64,000 nt of DNA from Okamejei kenojei (lineage: Eukaryota), in assembly GCA_035221665.1 (NCBI GenBank), contig CM069157.1, positions 24,242,001 through 24,306,000 on the forward strand. Reading direction: 5' to 3'. This document shows positions 1 through 11,190 of this stretch, piece by piece. The notes beneath the pieces were generated by a model. It was not told the origin of the DNA and did no database searches. It worked only from the letters and a program-made list of their open reading frames with translations. Numbering within the stretch: the stretch's first letter is position 1; every line of letters begins with the position of its first letter. Position numbers and translations under genes: made by a program.

Positions 1-190
1 GCTCTCATGGACATTTTTCAACATGTTGAAAAATCTTCACGAGTCTTCCCGTGCTTACCTGCCATTAGCGAGTCTTCCCGAGTACCTGCCGTTAGCGTTA
101 CAAGCCGCTAAGAGACGTCCCCGAGCTCTGATGTACCTGCTATGTTCATTCTCCGTGCTTACCACAAGTTTGATTTTTTTTTAAACTCAG
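1..190. mobile_element. Fragment of a PIF/Harbinger-type non-autonomous element, related to the right subterminal region of 9680-12049
   Basis: Shares ttcccgagtacctgccgttagcg and a tttttcaacatgttgaaaaa-type palindrome with 11860-12000. Confidence 0.6.
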
Positions 191-196
191 ATTTCA

Positions 197-990
197 AACG
201 GTTAGGATGTTATGATGCAGCTCTATAGGACTTTGGTTAGACCACATTTGGAGTATTACGTACAGTTCTGATCACCCCATTACAGGAAAGATGTGGAGGC
301 TTTGGAGAAGGTGCAGAGGAGAATGCTCCCTAGATTAGAAGGTTTCAGCAAAAGGGAGAGGTTGAGTAGACCTGGATTGTTTTCTTTGGAAGATGCGAGG
401 TAGAGGGGAGATGTGATAGAAGTATGTAAAATGATCAGTGGCATCTGTAGATAGGGAAAACAGGTAAAACCATTTTTCCAGGTTGGAAATGTCCAACACA
501 AGACAGTATAGCTACTGTATAAGGTGAGAGGGGGGAAAGTTGAATGCAGCTGTGTGGGGCAAGTTTTTTTTACACAGACAGAAGTGGAGGCCTGGAATGC
601 ATTGCCAAGTGTGGTGGCGGAGGCAGATACAATGGCTGCATATATTTAGATAGGCACATGGTTGTGCAGGATCTAGTGGGATGTAGATCATGTATAGGCA
701 GATCAGTTAAACTTGGTATTATGTAGGAAGTAACTGCAGACGCTGGTTTAAACCGAAGATGGACACAAAACGCTGGAGCAACTCAGCGGGTCAGGCAGCA
801 TCTCTGGAGAGAAGGAATGGGTGACTTCCAGAGTCTGAGGAAAGCTCTCGACCTGAAGCAGCACCCATTCCTTCTCTCTAGAGATGCTGCCTGTCCCACT
901 GAGTTACTCCAGCTTTTTGTGTCAAACTTGGTATTATGTTTGATACAAACATTGTGGGCCTATTCCTGTGGTGTACTGTTCCACATTCTA
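197..990 (+). mobile_element. CR1/HER1 LINE 3' fragment, interrupted at 725-923
   Basis: Decayed peptide DVMMQLYRTLVRPHLEYxVQFxSPHYRKDVEALEKVQR, typical of the CR1 ORF2 C-terminus, followed by a CR1-type 3' tail. Confidence 0.85.
725..923. mobile_element. Penelope-derived short element in inverted two-arm form, with 16-bp TSD
   Basis: aaacttggtattatgt at 709-724 and 924-939; arms at about 763-826 and 864-923 are reverse complements. Confidence 0.8.
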
Positions 991-1207
991 TGCTCTCTCA
1001 GTTTACTGTGTTTAATAATTACACGTCCTTTTTTATATTGTACTGAAATTATGCAAATAAATGTTGACTGGAAATATCTCTGATTATGATACATGAGTGG
1101 GAACTTTGAATAAATAGTCAAAGGTTCTCAAGGCACATAATTGAAGTCCCTGTTATTCCTTACTCTTTCCTCTTGCACCTCGAGTCAAACAGATTCTGTG
1201 CAGGCAG

Positions 1208-1298
1208 CCTGAAGAGGGTCTCGACCCGAAACGTTGCCTATTCCTTCTCTCCATAGATGCTGCCTCCCCGCTGAGTTTCTCCAGCATTTTTGTCTACC
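1208..1298 (+). mobile_element. Penelope-derived short element with hammerhead-like core
   Basis: ctgaagagggtctcgacccgaaacgttgcc...gctgagtttctccagcatttttgtctacc; same family as 22849, 28784, 49712 and 53735. Confidence 0.8.
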
Positions 1299-1740
1299 TA
1301 TGCAGGAAGGCCACCCTCTCCCTCTAGCATTACAATGTTTTCCTCAATCAATGCTGGCAAACTCACTCATTTTCTTATTTCCACTTACTATCCCAAACAT
1401 TTTGAATCCAATATTGGTAGTCCAGTCCTGTCCAGGTTTGTGCCACATTTCGTTTATGTGCCCTATAGATCACCAACCTGGTGTTCTGTGCATTCACCCA
1501 TTTCCGCTGTAACGTGGTCCTGTAAAACTGGACTCTTGTCTATCTCTACTTGTTTACATTATTTCTCCTTTCTAGTTTCTTAATCACATTCTTCTGCCAA
1601 ATTTACCATGAGAAAACATTCCTTTGAGGATGCTTATCGAAAATCTGTTGAGGCCAACTTCCCCAGAACTGCACTTAATACAATCCCATGCAGTGACCAA
1701 TTCTGTAAACTACTCAAGGATAATACTGAGGATTATTATA

Positions 1741-1769
1741 TCTATAATAACGGGCCCCACTTGGTCTAG
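1741..1769 (+). mobile_element. Possible 29-bp mini-Helitron (termini only)
   Basis: A|TCTATAATAACGGGCCCCACTTGGTCTAG|T: 5' TC, 3' CTAG, inserted between A and T. Confidence 0.4.
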
Positions 1770-3826
1770 TATACATATATAATTTACTACAGCTCATTTT
1801 ACTTTGTACATCATATTTTGTCCCACAGCAATTATAATTTTATAAAGATTGAGCCACCTGGTCATCTCCATATAGGCTACCGGTCATTAAATTATTATAT
1901 TTAAAGAATGCTTTTTGATTCGACTGTTACTCATCATATACCTAACACTTATATTGCAAATGTAACATGCTTCCACTGAAGTGTTAATTTGTGCATTTAG
2001 AACAGCACATAACAAAGTTTCATAAACAACTTCAGTATGAATTATTATTGTTTGGAAAGTCGCCAAGTAGAGCCGCTAATTCTATTTGTAAATATGAACT
2101 GCGCACTACTCCATATTGACCACAAATGAACAAACTATTTAAAAAAAAATAACTACTTCATTTATCTTGAGTAAAATCCGTGAAGTCTAGGCACCATTAA
2201 TTGTCCAAGGTTAGTGTGCAGAGGAAACCGTTTCAGGAACTGAAATTTCCGCATGCAAAGAATAACCCATCATAAAAAAAACCTGCTATCAATTATTTCA
2301 TTTTGAAAGAGCATTCCAAGTATTGTGCAGTTTTGTGAAATTATTTTGCATTCTAATAGATTTGTTCAAAATCAATCTTACTTGGCATGATGCACCAATA
2401 AACAATTAGATTTATTGTTCGTAATCCGGAACCTGATAAATCAAAGAAAAAACTTTACATTTTTCCTTTTAATTTCAGATGAGTTTTATATTCCCCCTGC
2501 TATCTTTCCTTTACTGGAAATGTTCCAATTTGTTTTTTGAAATAACTCCAAATGTGCACGAAAATCTTCAATATCCTTGCAGTTATGCTTATGAAGTGTT
2601 CAATATTCTTGCAGCTTTGCCTGTGAAGTGTTCAACTTCAACTTCCCTGAGACTGTGCTTGCATTTCAAGTACCTTTTTGCATTTCACGCCAATGCCTTC
2701 TATTTACTTATTCTTTACCAGCTCTGTTTCTCTGCACACATTATATATTTAATAGAGTTTACAACAACTGAGGCACCACAGGTCACTTGAGCCTATGCAT
2801 GACAACAAACCAGTTATGTATCATGTGTCCCATGCTGAGAGTCATTATTCAGGAAAGGTTTCCCAGCATAAAAACTAAACAGGACACAGAGATGTTAAGC
2901 AAGAAGAAAGAACAACATTCAGAATGACAGAAAATAAATCAAAGGGTAAAAAATGGAAAGACTAAGAAAGTAATTTACAACGTGTTAGTTACATATGTCC
3001 TGCATTTACAGACCATTATTCCAAATCAATGTGAAGGATAGCTGCACTATTCAGTTTAGCAAACTTGACAAATTAAGCTGTTTTTGCCAAAATGTTGCAG
3101 CACTGACTAAAAGTACCAGTTAAATGAATGATTGTTACTAACCACATGATTATATTCTAAAATTATGTCAATTTGTACACGTGACAATAAATGACCTTTG
3201 AAACCTTTGAAAACCAAACTTAAAATGTATTCCATTCCATCGAATGTCGGACATCCTTGAATGTCGGACATTTATTCCATTTAGGAGCATCATATAACTA
3301 TTTCTAAAGCAGCATTGCCATATTCGAAGAATATTAAAATAATATTCCTTCCACACACTTCCATTTTCGGAAGGGTAGCTTTGGTTGTGCACAACGTTAC
3401 AGTTCGTGAGGGGAGAGAATCGTGTTTGGAACACGTCCAATTGCAGCAACAGGCCTTACCTGTTTGTTTTAGCCCACAGTATTACAGCCAAACTATTTTA
3501 TCTGGCAAGGAAACTTCTCACATGCATCAATATATTAGCTTATGCAAAATGTATAAAATTCAATCCACAAAGATTTGTAAAGTGTCAACATGTTCATTCA
3601 TCTGCCTCAACATCTGCTGAAGGTTAGAATTGTTAGGATTGGGGTGAGTTTTGGATGAATAACTCAACAGCTCAATTTAAAGTGCCTGACTGTCTCATTT
3701 CTGCCTAGGGAGTTGGATTAAAATCATCCAACCCATTATATGTTATGACTATAAGGTGAAAACAAGTATTTTTGTTCAAGATAGAAATCAGTGATAACAA
3801 TAATCAGATCACATTATATTCTTTAT

Positions 3827-3917
3827 TCTGAAGAAAGGTCTCGACCCGAAAAGTCACCAATTCCTTCACCTCCAGAGATGCTGCCTGTCGCACTTAATCA
3901 CTCCAGCATTTTGTGTT
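3827..3917 (+). mobile_element. Penelope-derived short element
   Basis: tctgaagaaaggtctcgacccgaaaagtcacc...gatgctgcctgtc...ctccagcattttgtgt. Confidence 0.75.
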
Positions 3918-6074
3918 TGTATTATTTTCTGGACCTGGAGTACTTAATCAGAATGCATGTACATGCACTGTATATATCAAATGTTTATTTAAGAGGATAA
4001 GGTTAAATATCTAAATTAAATCAGTCACTGATTGTAGATGAAGCAAAGATAAAATAATTGAAGTGTGAAAAAAATGATCTGGCCTTTTTTTAATCAGCTG
4101 AGCATTCGTAAACTACATTTTCATATTTGTTTACGAAATGAAGCCCAATCAGGTGACAGGACTGTGCAAGGAACCTAAATTACTTGACCACAGTAAATAA
4201 TATACCAATTTGGGATTTGGGGTTATAATGTGGATTTTGTGCAAAGTGCGTGCATAGAAAGTCTGACCAGATGCACTAATGACCTCTGCTGCTGGACACA
4301 GGCCGTGGACATAAAGTATTTAAGCACTGGCATAGGGGTACCATCTGCTAAAAAATATATAATTTTGGAAGAAACACTGAAATTAGTGGAATTTCTTAAC
4401 CTCCTACCAACAACTCTGCCTACCACAAAGTCTGTACTGAAATTAATTTGCTAGGTACTATTCTACAAATGGCTCTGTGTGTTAAAAAAAACTTTCCTTG
4501 CACATCTCCTTTAAACTTAGCTCCTCTCATCTTTAAGCTATGTCCTCTAGTATTAGATTTTTCAGGGAAAATTGGCCATTTTCAGGGAGTTATGCCATTT
4601 GGCGCCAAGATTCCTCTGTACATTTATTGTATATTTTCCTCTTATGTTGACCTCACAGAGTGCAGCACCTCTCACTTGCTCGGATTAAACTCCATTTTCC
4701 ATTTCGCCAACCATTTCTGTTGCAAACCGCGACATTGTCCTTTAAGATATTAAAATCAAAGCTCTGCTTGGCCAATCAAGTCATTATTCAAGTTCTTATT
4801 CCATAAAACTGGTCTGTAATTAAATGGGTTAAATTAAACCGAATGAAATCAGGAATTTTGTATTTCTCCGATTTGACGAGATGAGCAAATAATTTATTGA
4901 GCTGAAGCTGTGATTGCAAGTGTCAGCAGAAATACCTATTTCTAGCTGATTCCTCTGCAGTTCCACTAAAAGTTACATCACTGGTTAGAAAACCACTAAG
5001 AATAAACAGACCAAGCACCTTGTTAGAGATGGAAAGTAAACCCGTGTCAGAATTGACCATGTTTTCAAACAATACACACAGACCTGGTTGCCATATTATG
5101 AAAAATATGTCAAGGCACCAGCAAGGGTCCAAAGATTTAAGAGAATGATACCTGACATTGAAGATATACAGATCAGGAAAGCATGAACAGACAGAGTCTC
5201 AATTCCCCTGAGGAAAGAAGGCTGAGGGGTGAATTTATAAAAGTCTTATAATTAAGAAAGGATTTTGATATAGTTGATGCAAAGAGAGTATTACCACGTC
5301 AGGCTCTAAATAAAGGTTTTGGAATTCAGAAGAAAATTCTTTGTCCAACGACTGGTGAGAATGGGGATTTTGCAATCATAGGATGGGTCAATATCATTAG
5401 GGAAGGTTTCTACAACATATGTAGGAGAATAAATCAGAGAATTAGGCTAACGTGATGAGGATAGATGAGAGGCGGTTTAAATGGAGCATAAATATTTGCT
5501 TGGGCTAAATCGTTTCTATACCATACCTGTACAGAACTGTAGTCAGATACTTGCAGCTAGAACTAAACAATGATCAAACAGTTGACCAATTTATATCCAA
5601 AAGCAATGTGCAGAATTCAACGTCCTGCTCAACTTTTAAAGAAGTTGTTAAGCCATAATGGAAATGCTAAAGTGTTGTTTATGCAAACACCAGCTATCCT
5701 CTGGATCCCTGCTATGAGACTGTGCCACTGAAGTAACAAGTCATCATATAAACAGCAAGATCACTCCATGATGGGATGCAAGCAGATGCCTCCACATGGC
5801 ACATCCCGGGTACTGCTGACGACAGAAACTGTACCACAGTGACTGACTGATGTAGCCAATTCTGCAACCACCGACCGTCAACCATCACTGACCGACCGGA
5901 ATGACGTGATATAGAAGATGGCTGGACATGAGGAAGAAGACTCCAGGATATCTAACTCTGTGCTCAACTAGCATTTGCAAATGTAAATATTGTGGAAAGA
6001 TTCAATAAGAACTTTTAAACTGGTAATAAAATCAAACTTTTCTCAAACAAAGCATTTTTGGTGAGATAAACGTT

Positions 6075-6240
6075 TGGTGTACTTGCACTAAACGTTATTC
6101 CCTTACCATGTATCTATACTGTAAATGGATCAATTGTAATCATGTATTGTCTTTTTGCTGACTGGTTAGCATGCGACAAAAGCTTTTCACTGTACTTCGG
6201 TACAAATGACAATAAACTAAACTGACTAACTAACTAACTA
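6075..6240 (+). mobile_element. Rex1/Babar-type LINE 3' UTR with short-repeat tail
   Basis: gactggttagcatgcgacaaaagcttttcactgtac...tgacaataaactaaact; homologous to the 3' end of the Rex/Babar copy at 34746 and to 12400-12505. Confidence 0.65.
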
Positions 6241-6756
6241 ATTAATGCATAGGTATCAACCATTCCTGCATTAGGCAACAGGATGGAGAGGATACGATCA
6301 GAAAGTGAAGGTTGCATCAATCAAATTGTCAATATTGTGTTTGTTGCATTACAAGAAGGGGTTTGGGTGGAATGGAGAAGGATGGTGGCAGTGGAGGGGC
6401 GTCAACCTGCAAAGAGAAATTTGTGAGTTATTATTGTGGCGAGTGGTGTCTAAAATCCTCCGGTGTTAAAGGATAACATATATTTAGAGTTCATAGATAA
6501 CTTACACTGAAATGGCAAGCAGATTTGACCACATGTTGAGTGAGAGGGAAAGGGGGATAGGGGAAGAGGAGGAAGGGGGGAGGAGAACTTACTGTTAAAG
6601 GTTAAAATGATATGTACAGAATACATAAATTAAAGCATAGCAGTTTGTAATATTGTGCAGCATTGTATCCCACATTATTTGTACTGTTTGCATTTGTGGT
6701 ACTTAGTTGAGATTTAAAACAGTTCCAACATTGAGTACTTTGTGAGTCTTATAGTC

Positions 6757-6952
6757 TTAGGCGACTTTTTAGGCGACTGCAGGAGACTACGCGGTCGCCA
6801 CATGGTCGCCACATATTCGCAGGCGGTTGCCGGGGAGTCGCCTTCATGGTCGTGAGGAGTTCCCACATTCTGGGAACTAGTTGGGGCCTCATTATGGTTG
6901 AATAATTAGCGGCAACCAGAATGAAGCCGCCATGGAGAGTAGCGAGAATTCT
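6757..6952. mobile_element. Harbinger MITE fragment, same family as 31510-32185
   Basis: ttaggcgactttttagg...gccgccatggagagtagcgagaattct is shared with the 31510 and 54095 copies; TIRs are lost. Confidence 0.8.
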
Positions 6953-7549
6953 GCTATTGAAAGGTACATGACCACAGGGGGGTGTAATGGGCTCCTACCG
7001 CACCCATACACATATAGTTGCATGACTACCCTCCACCAGATGTCATCCACAAGAACTTTCACAGTATGTGGGAAGGCTTCCTGAATAATCCTTCTGTCTG
7101 AATGCCTGCGCCCTCCACAAATGAGAGCTGCAGTCACTGGTGTTTGCATCAACACCTCAAGGCAAATTCTAATTATGTCAATCAGTAATTAAGACCAAAG
7201 TTTGCAAGCTTAACCCAGACTTTGAAAATGACAGCATGCATGAATTCAACACCTGCTTTCATCCAGTCTCCCTGCAAGTCCTCGAGTGTTTTAGCAATGT
7301 AAACAGCATTAGGCTGCCATGGACAGATTCAGTCTAGTTATTTCACCCAAAACCATGCAATTTATCATTCACTGATAAATTAAACATGCATCAGCAAAAC
7401 AAAACTCACAACGTGATCCATCATAACATGATGGTTGGCAAAAAAAGCATCAAAGCTGGTTGAGTGTCTACAGTTACATTTTTCAAAAAGCTCCACTCTT
7501 ATTAGGTCTATTTTTCGCTTCTTTTATTTAAATGTAATTGATGAAGTCT

Positions 7550-8785
7550 CATGTTTTTCCCTACTTACAGAAAGTTAGTCACAGATTACTGAAGGTCTGA
7601 GATTCCCTCATCAAAGATGTGTATGATCAGCTTGTAGATTCATTAGTTAAACTGCTCACCGTTGAGTTTAAGAAGACAGTGGAGATACCGACACCAAGAC
7701 CAAGTTGTTTTGTGTCTGAGATATGGCGTTTTTGGCTTCTTACCACTCATTCTAGTCCTGCTGTGGGATGGACTAGAGTGAGCTCATGTCAAAGGCAGAA
7801 TAATGTTCGAGGAGGAATTCAAAGTGATCCTTTCGGCGGGTGTTGACTGCCTTTCTGTTCTTGCTAAATTCATTCTGAGTGGATGGACTCTTGGATATCT
7901 AGGCTGTTGAGAGCCAGGTCATGGAATAAGAATCTTGCCAATGATCGAGCTGTTTGCCATCCTGCTTTCTTCCCATCTGCTAGCTGCTCTTTAGATCATG
8001 GCTTATTTTGGACTTTGCCTTCTGGAGCCTGTAGAGTGATCTCTCTTCCTTTAAGAAATGGTGGAACTACCATTGTAGGCGCACTTTCTATTTGCAGTTG
8101 ACAAGCTTCTCAAACTCCTGGTCATTTGTATCAAAGTTTTTCAAGGTGGACAAGCCTAGAGAATTTTCACAGGTGCCAATTATGGTGAAACTCGGAGAAA
8201 TGTATTTATTGTGGCTGTCTTGGCCTTCAGTCGGCTGGGAGTCCTCATGTTGTATATGAGGTGCTGTCTGAGAAAAGCTGCCTTTGTGGATCTTTGAAAG
8301 CTTTGACGTTGACCTTCTCCTGACAATGTTTGTATCAACACTGGCTTTTTGAGGCTACATTGATGGAGATAACAGAGTAATCAGTTCAGTGCTCATCCAT
8401 TCCGGCAACAGTCTGGGTGCAGTGGATATCTTTATGGATTCTGGTTCAGATAGTGATATAATCTAACAGATTCCAATACCTGGACCAAGGTTATGGAGAC
8501 AACACCTCTAGTGTAACAGGGAACTGGTTACAGGATCCTGCTCTCAGCATTTTGTGAAGGATTCATACACGAGTAAGCCTTCCAGTCGTTCCTTGCAAAT
8601 CCTGCCATGCCAAAAAGTTTGGGTCTTTTCCCAAACTAGTGTTGAAAATGCCCAGGAGAATCAGTTGCTGCAGACCATCTTTGAGTAGAGGCCCTCTTTA
8701 ATGTTGATTGTAGCTTCCTGGTTTGGGGAGTATCTGATGACTATGACCCATTGTTTTCATGTCAGAATGAGCTACATTCAAACAT
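7550..8785 (-). mobile_element. Old RTE (BovB-like) LINE: endonuclease and linker region, inverted relative to the adjoining RT part
   Basis: Decayed minus-strand motifs resembling VISAYAPT..KEGFY (~8750-8690), QLILLGxFN (~8665), WxLLDY (~8475) and GIPAExLK...KG.KSD (~7690-7550). Confidence 0.6.
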
Positions 8786-8789
8786 ATTG

Positions 8790-9165
8790 ATTACTGAGGG
8801 GTCTCCCTGATGTCTGCGACAGGGAATGCCATTGCCAGGGTCCCCTGCAGTGCCTCCCAAAAGTGGCCAAAGAGTATTCCCACATTCAAAGCGTGGACTT
8901 TATTGGATCTTGCACAATGGACCTTGGACCTTGCACAATGGACAAGATCTTTACCTTTTTACAATCCCAGCAGAAACATAGGGAGCAGCACCGGCCACCA
9001 TTTATGTCCTTTGTGACCTCCATCAAAAGGCAATTACTGTGCTTTTTGCATTTGCTTGCTTCATCATGCCAAGCAAACCATGATACAAACCAATGTGTCC
9101 ATGACAGACATTCGCACTGAAATACATTTTGCTACAGAGCTGCACCTCATCTCCAACAACCTCGA
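8790..9165 (+). mobile_element. Old RTE LINE: start of the reverse transcriptase region
   Basis: Y*GVSLMSATGNAIARV and QQKHREQHRPPFMSFV (ORFs 8810 and 8863) correspond to the RTE motifs NYRGISLLS and QEKCREQ..LYMAFVD. Confidence 0.75.
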
Positions 9166-9177
9166 GTGAATCTCATT

Positions 9178-9390
9178 GAGTGCTGTCTGCATGGTGTTTG
9201 TATGTTCTCCCTGCAATCATGTGAGTTTTTTAGGTGCTCCAGTTTCCCCCACATCCCAAAGACATGCAGATTTATAGGTTAATTGGCTTCTGTGAATTGT
9301 CAGTGTATAGGAAATAACTAGTGAATGGGTGATGACTGGTCGGCACAGATTCGGTAGACCGACCAGCCTGTTTTCACATTCCATCTCTAT
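9178..9390 (+). mobile_element. HE1-like V-SINE, 5' truncated
   Basis: V-domain-like gtgagttttttaggtgctccagtttcccccacatcccaaagac plus SINE 3' tail. Confidence 0.8.
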
Positions 9391-10079
9391 TCTGGAAAAA
9401 ATGTTCAAACTGCATATTGCAACACTCTACAACCAAGTAGACCCTAATCTCAGTCGTCAAGTCATGACATACGGATGCTGGGTCCATCATGGGCACTGAC
9501 CTCCCACCATTGAAGGGATCAACAGGAAGTGGTGCATAAAGAAGGCCACTCATATCATCAAAGGCCAACACTACCCTCTCATTTCCCTGCTACCATTAGA
9601 AAAAAGGTACAAGAGCCTGAGAACCATTACTTCCAGGTTCAAGAACAGCTTCGTCCCATCAACAATAGCACAACCCTAATGGCCCTGTCTCACTGTGCGA
9701 GTTGACCCACGAGGTACCCCGAGTGACAGACTCGTGGTTGTGTACGAGACTTCAAGTTTATGATCAATTTTGTAACCGAGTTCCCACGGGTATGTCATTG
9801 CTGCGATGCTCCAACTTCCTCTCCCGAGTTACCAAGTTCCTCTCCCGTTACTCTTGAGCCAACTGTGAATGAAGGTATGTTTTAATAAAGCAACAATGTT
9901 AACATACATCTCCATCCTGTGGCTTTGAGTTATTTCAGCGCGGCGGCATCTATTGATATGACCTACAATGGGAAAATGCGCATCCTCCAGTAACCAATAA
10001 CGTGGTAAGTGCATTTCTTGTTGTTTTATGTTTTTAAATACTTTTTTGCAATGGATCTCTATTTTAAATAATTTTTAAA

Positions 10080-10131
10080 AAGGAAGCAGCTCGGGTGACT
10101 GACATTGAGCGACCGCCGGGACCCGACAGCA

Positions 10132-10204
<73 letters not shown>

Positions 10205-11190
10205 AGATACACACAGACAGCAGGACTGGCCGCCACTTCCGAGGAAGGAAGCAGCTCGGGTGACTGACATTGAGCGGCCGNNNNNNNNNNNNNNNNNNNN
10301 NNNNNNNNNNNNNNNNNNNNNNNNNNNNNNNNNNNNNNNNNNNNNNNNNNNNNNNNNNNNNNNNNNNNNNNNNNNNNNNNNNNNNNNNNNNNNNNNNNNN
10401 NNNNNNNNNNNNNNNNNNNNNNNNNNNNNNNNNNCACTTCCGAGGAAGGAAGCAGCTCGGGTGACTGACATTGAGCGGCCGNNNNNNNNNNNNNNNNNNN
10501 NNNNNNNNNNNNNNNNNNNNNNNNNNNNNNNNNNNNNNNNNNNNNNNNNNNNNNNNNNNNNNNNNNNNNNNNNNNNNNNNNNNNNNNNNNNNNNNNNNNN
10601 NNNNNNNNNNNNNNNNNNNNNNNCACTTCAGAGGAAGGAAGCAGCTCGGGTGACTTTGAGCGGCCGNNNNNNNNNNNNNNNNNNNNNNNNNNNNNNNNNN
10701 NNNNNNNNNNNNNNNNNNNNNNNNNNNNNNNNNNNNNNNNNNNNNNNNNNNNNNNNNNNNNNNNNNNNNNNNNNNNNNNNNNNNNNNNNNNNNNNNNNNN
10801 NNNNNNNNNNNCACCACTTCAGAGGAAGGAAGCAGCTCGGGTGACTGATTTTGAGCGGNNNNNNNNNNNNNNNNNNNNNNNNNNNNNNNNNNNNNNNNNN
10901 NNNNNNNNNNNNNNNNNNNNNNNNNNNNNNNNNNNNNNNNNNNNNNNNNNNNNNNNNNNNNNNNNNNNNNNNNNNNNNNNNNNNNNNCACTTCAGAGGAA
11001 GGAAGCAGCTCGGGTGACTAAATTTGAGCGGCCGNNNNNNNNNNNNNNNNNNNNNNNNNNNNNNNNNNNNNNNNNNNNNNNNNNNNNNNNNNNNNNNNNN
11101 NNNNNNNNNNNNNNNNNNNNNNNNNNNNNNNNNNNNNNNNNNNNNNNNNNNNNNNNNNNNNNNNNNNNNNNNNNNNNNNNNNNNNNNNNN
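10080..11190. repeat. Interspaced direct-repeat array: six copies of a ~47-bp unit; five intervals unresolved (N)
   Basis: Unit cacttc(c/a)gaggaaggaagcagctcgggtgactgacattgagcggccg at 10080 (partial), 10234, 10435, 10624, 10815 and 10988. N runs of 154, 142, 145, 129 and 156 nt. Confidence 0.95.
10133..10200 (+). repeat. (AC)34 microsatellite in the first array interval
   Basis: Read directly; flanked on both sides by gacagcag. Confidence 0.95.

Noticed and set aside
5830-5950. Promoter-like ccggaatgacgt and aagatggctg followed by ATG
   Set aside because: Imperfect motifs, no CpG island and no sustained ORF or exon; more likely a repeat remnant.
9900-10020. Possible Myb/MADF remnant with a gtaagt donor inside the Harbinger element
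   Set aside because: Needs frameshifts and gives only a few matching residues; not supportable by eye.
10080-11190. Calling the array a bona fide CRISPR locus
   Set aside because: Vertebrate intronic context, no cas genes, intervals of 118-156 nt are far longer than CRISPR spacers, and the only readable one is a microsatellite. Kept as an unexplained array.
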